Shown here: positions 36,866 through 38,626 of the stretch, in pieces | Layout of the letters: the number at the start of each line of letters is the position of its first letter | Numbering within the stretch: position 1 is the stretch's first letter | Made by a program: the position numbers and the translations under genes | DNA from: Candidatus Sulfobium sp. | GTDB lineage: Bacteria; Nitrospirota; Thermodesulfovibrionia; Thermodesulfovibrionales; UBA6898 | NCBI GenBank assembly: GCA_037380845.1 | Contig: JARRRI010000051.1 | Location: 30,120-68,745 of the forward strand | Direction: 5' to 3' | DNA: 38,626 nt | Notes under the pieces: generated by a model | Database searches by the model: none | What the model was told of the DNA's origin: nothing | What the model saw: the letters and a program-made list of their open reading frames with translations, nothing else

Positions 36866-38626
36866 ATGAAGATAAACGTCTCTATAAGATCTCCAGTTTT
36901 CCCGGTAATACTAGTTCTGATCGTTTCCTGCATCGTGTATCTCAATACAGTGACCAACGGCTTTGTTTACGATGACATATACCAGGTGGTCAAGAACCCG
37001 TGGATTACCAATGTCAAGTACGTTCCCGACATTTTCTTAAAAAAGACATGGGGATTTACCGGGGTCGGATCTTCAAACTATTACAGGCCAATGATGCTCC
37101 TTTTGTACATGTTTGATTATTACGTATTTGGACTAAAGTCCTGGGGCTTCCATCTAACAAACATATGTTTCCATTCAGGCACAGCTGTCCTCGTATTTTT
37201 GATAGCGTGGAGACTTTTCGAGGAACTGGAAAGAGGTAGAAGCAACTTGCCTGTCATTCCCGGATCGGCAGCCGAGACTCGTCTGCGAGTCTTTGCTCTG
37301 TTCACTTCTAACGATTCACGATCTTTCGCCTTCCTCGCCGCGCTATTGTTTGAGGTCCATCCGATCCATACAGAGGCAGTTGCCTGGATTGCGGGCCTGC
37401 CCGACTTGTCCTTCACTTTATTCTATCTTCTTTCCTTTTATTTCTTCATCAGGTCTAATCCGAAGACAAAAGCGTCTTACTCGCTCTCCGCAACGTTTTT
37501 TATTCTGTCACTCCTATGCAAGGAGACAGCCCTGACCCTGCCAATCATCCTATTTGCATATGACTATGTCCTCCGCAGCACAGTGAAGCGACCGATTAAC
37601 GTCAGGAAATATTTCCCTTATCTTGCCGCAGCTGGAATCTATTTAATTCTGAGAATATATGCTCTTGGGGGGGTCGTCCCGGAAAATATCCACAGAACGA
37701 TGAGTATTTATCAATATGCGATTAATGTGTTTCCTCTGTTAGTGCAGTATCTAATGAAACTTCTTTTCCCGATTAACCTCAGTGCTCTTTATGTTTTCCG
37801 TCCAATCTCCGGTCTTTTTTCGGTGAAGGGGATCCTGTCCTTCATTCTCTTTGTCGCATTTTGTTTTTTGGTAATAAAAACACGGAGAAGAAACGGAGTC
37901 GCTTTTATGTCTCTTCTGTTTATTGCCGTACCCCTAATTCCCACATTTTATATCGCGGCCATTGCACAGCCTTTCGCCGAAAGGTATCTTTATCTCCCTT
38001 CATTTGGTTTTGCGCTTGTTTTGTCTTTTGGCCTGATAAGAGCAAGAGCAGCAACGACGGGCGGGGCGCTAAGTATGATTACAGCCGCCCTGATCCTACT
38101 GCTTATGGGAGGATATGCGGCCGCAACAATTCAAAGAAATACGATATGGCGTGACAGCTACAGCCTCTGGGCGGATACGGTAAGAAAGTCACCGGATTCG
38201 TTCATAGCTCACTTGGGTCTCGGCAATGCTCTTTTGGAAGACAAGAATAGGGCAGATGACGCTATTGCGCAGTATCGGAGCGCGTTGGAGCTCAACCCCC
38301 GGAGTCCCGATGTCCATGATAATCTGGGGTTTGCTTTTTTTAAGAAAGGACGGACCTACAAGGCGATGGAGCAATATCGGCTTGCGCTGTCGCTGGCCCC
38401 ACGACATGCGGACACCAGGGCTAATCTGGGTCTTGCGCTGGCCCGGCTAGGCAGGACGGAAGAGGCGATGGAGCAATATCGACTTGCAATAGAGTCGGAC
38501 CCCACTTTCGCCGATCCCCATGATTACCTCGGCGTTGCATATTTGCAGATAGGCGAGGCGGAGTGGGCGCTAAGGGAGTTCGAAATAGCCGTGAGACTGG
38601 ATCCTTCGAACGAGGTCTTCCATAAA
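36866..38626 (+). CDS. TMTC-like GT-C membrane glycosyltransferase with TPR repeats, partial (runs off the right edge; not in the ORF track)
   Basis: Manual translation: YLNTVTNGFVYDD...NPW, YYRP, FHLTN, VHPIHTEAVAWI, LLCKE, AERYLYLPS, RNTIW, then TPR units (ALELNP, NLGLAL). Open to the window end. Confidence 0.88.
   Translation, partial: MKINVSIRSPVFPVILVLIVSCIVYLNTVTNGFVYDDIYQVVKNPWITNVKYVPDIFLKKTWGFTGVGSSNYYRPMMLLLYMFDYYVFGLKSWGFHLTNICFHSGTAVLVFLIAWRLFEELERGRSNLPVIPGSAAETRLRVFALFTSNDSRSFAFLAALLFEVHPIHTEAVAWIAGLPDLSFTLFYLLSFYFFIRSNPKTKASYSLSATFFILSLLCKETALTLPIILFAYDYVLRSTVKRPINVRKYFPYLAAAGIYLILRIYALGGVVPENIHRTMSIYQYAINVFPLLVQYLMKLLFPINLSALYVFRPISGLFSVKGILSFILFVAFCFLVIKTRRRNGVAFMSLLFIAVPLIPTFYIAAIAQPFAERYLYLPSFGFALVLSFGLIRARAATTGGALSMITAALILLLMGGYAAATIQRNTIWRDSYSLWADTVRKSPDSFIAHLGLGNALLEDKNRADDAIAQYRSALELNPRSPDVHDNLGFAFFKKGRTYKAMEQYRLALSLAPRHADTRANLGLALARLGRTEEAMEQYRLAIESDPTFADPHDYLGVAYLQIGEAEWALREFEIAVRLDPSNEVFHK

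Overview
Bacterial chromosomal window, GC-rich in coding regions with AT-richer intergenic gaps. Gene content resembles an anaerobic Nitrospirota/Desulfobacterota-type organism (inference only). No rRNA, tRNA, CRISPR array, transposase or integrase was seen. Most of 1.4-27.8 kb looks like a stationary-phase/stress-survival cluster with these parts: alpha-glucan and trehalose metabolism (glgX, GH57 branching enzyme, DUF4912-GT-B fusion, CBM48 protein, galT-like, treT); polyamine synthesis (pyruvoyl arginine decarboxylase, deoxyhypusine-synthase-like enzyme, agmatinase); NAD salvage (pncB coupled to a divergent prs); end-processing DNA repair (PolX-PHP, stand-alone LigD phosphoesterase, Fpg/Nei, DUF72, MerR-TPR); ribosome hibernation (HPF-cold-shock fusion); and a superoxide reductase. 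The right end holds tamAB, a stand-alone DnaB C-terminal ATPase, a 14-repeat secreted beta-propeller and a partial TMTC-like GT-C/TPR gene. The most striking pattern is five genes (glgX, speB, two-CW protein, CBM48 protein, treT) that each appear to lack one clean block of sequence while being otherwise intact; collapsed assembly gaps are at least as likely as real deletions. Other highlights are a Prs with altered motifs coupled to pncB, a GT4 domain lacking catalytic motifs, a sigma54-driven small protein, a diverged 97-bp-period duplication of the ligD 3' end, and two small palindromic elements. All family assignments come from recalled motifs; no searches were run.
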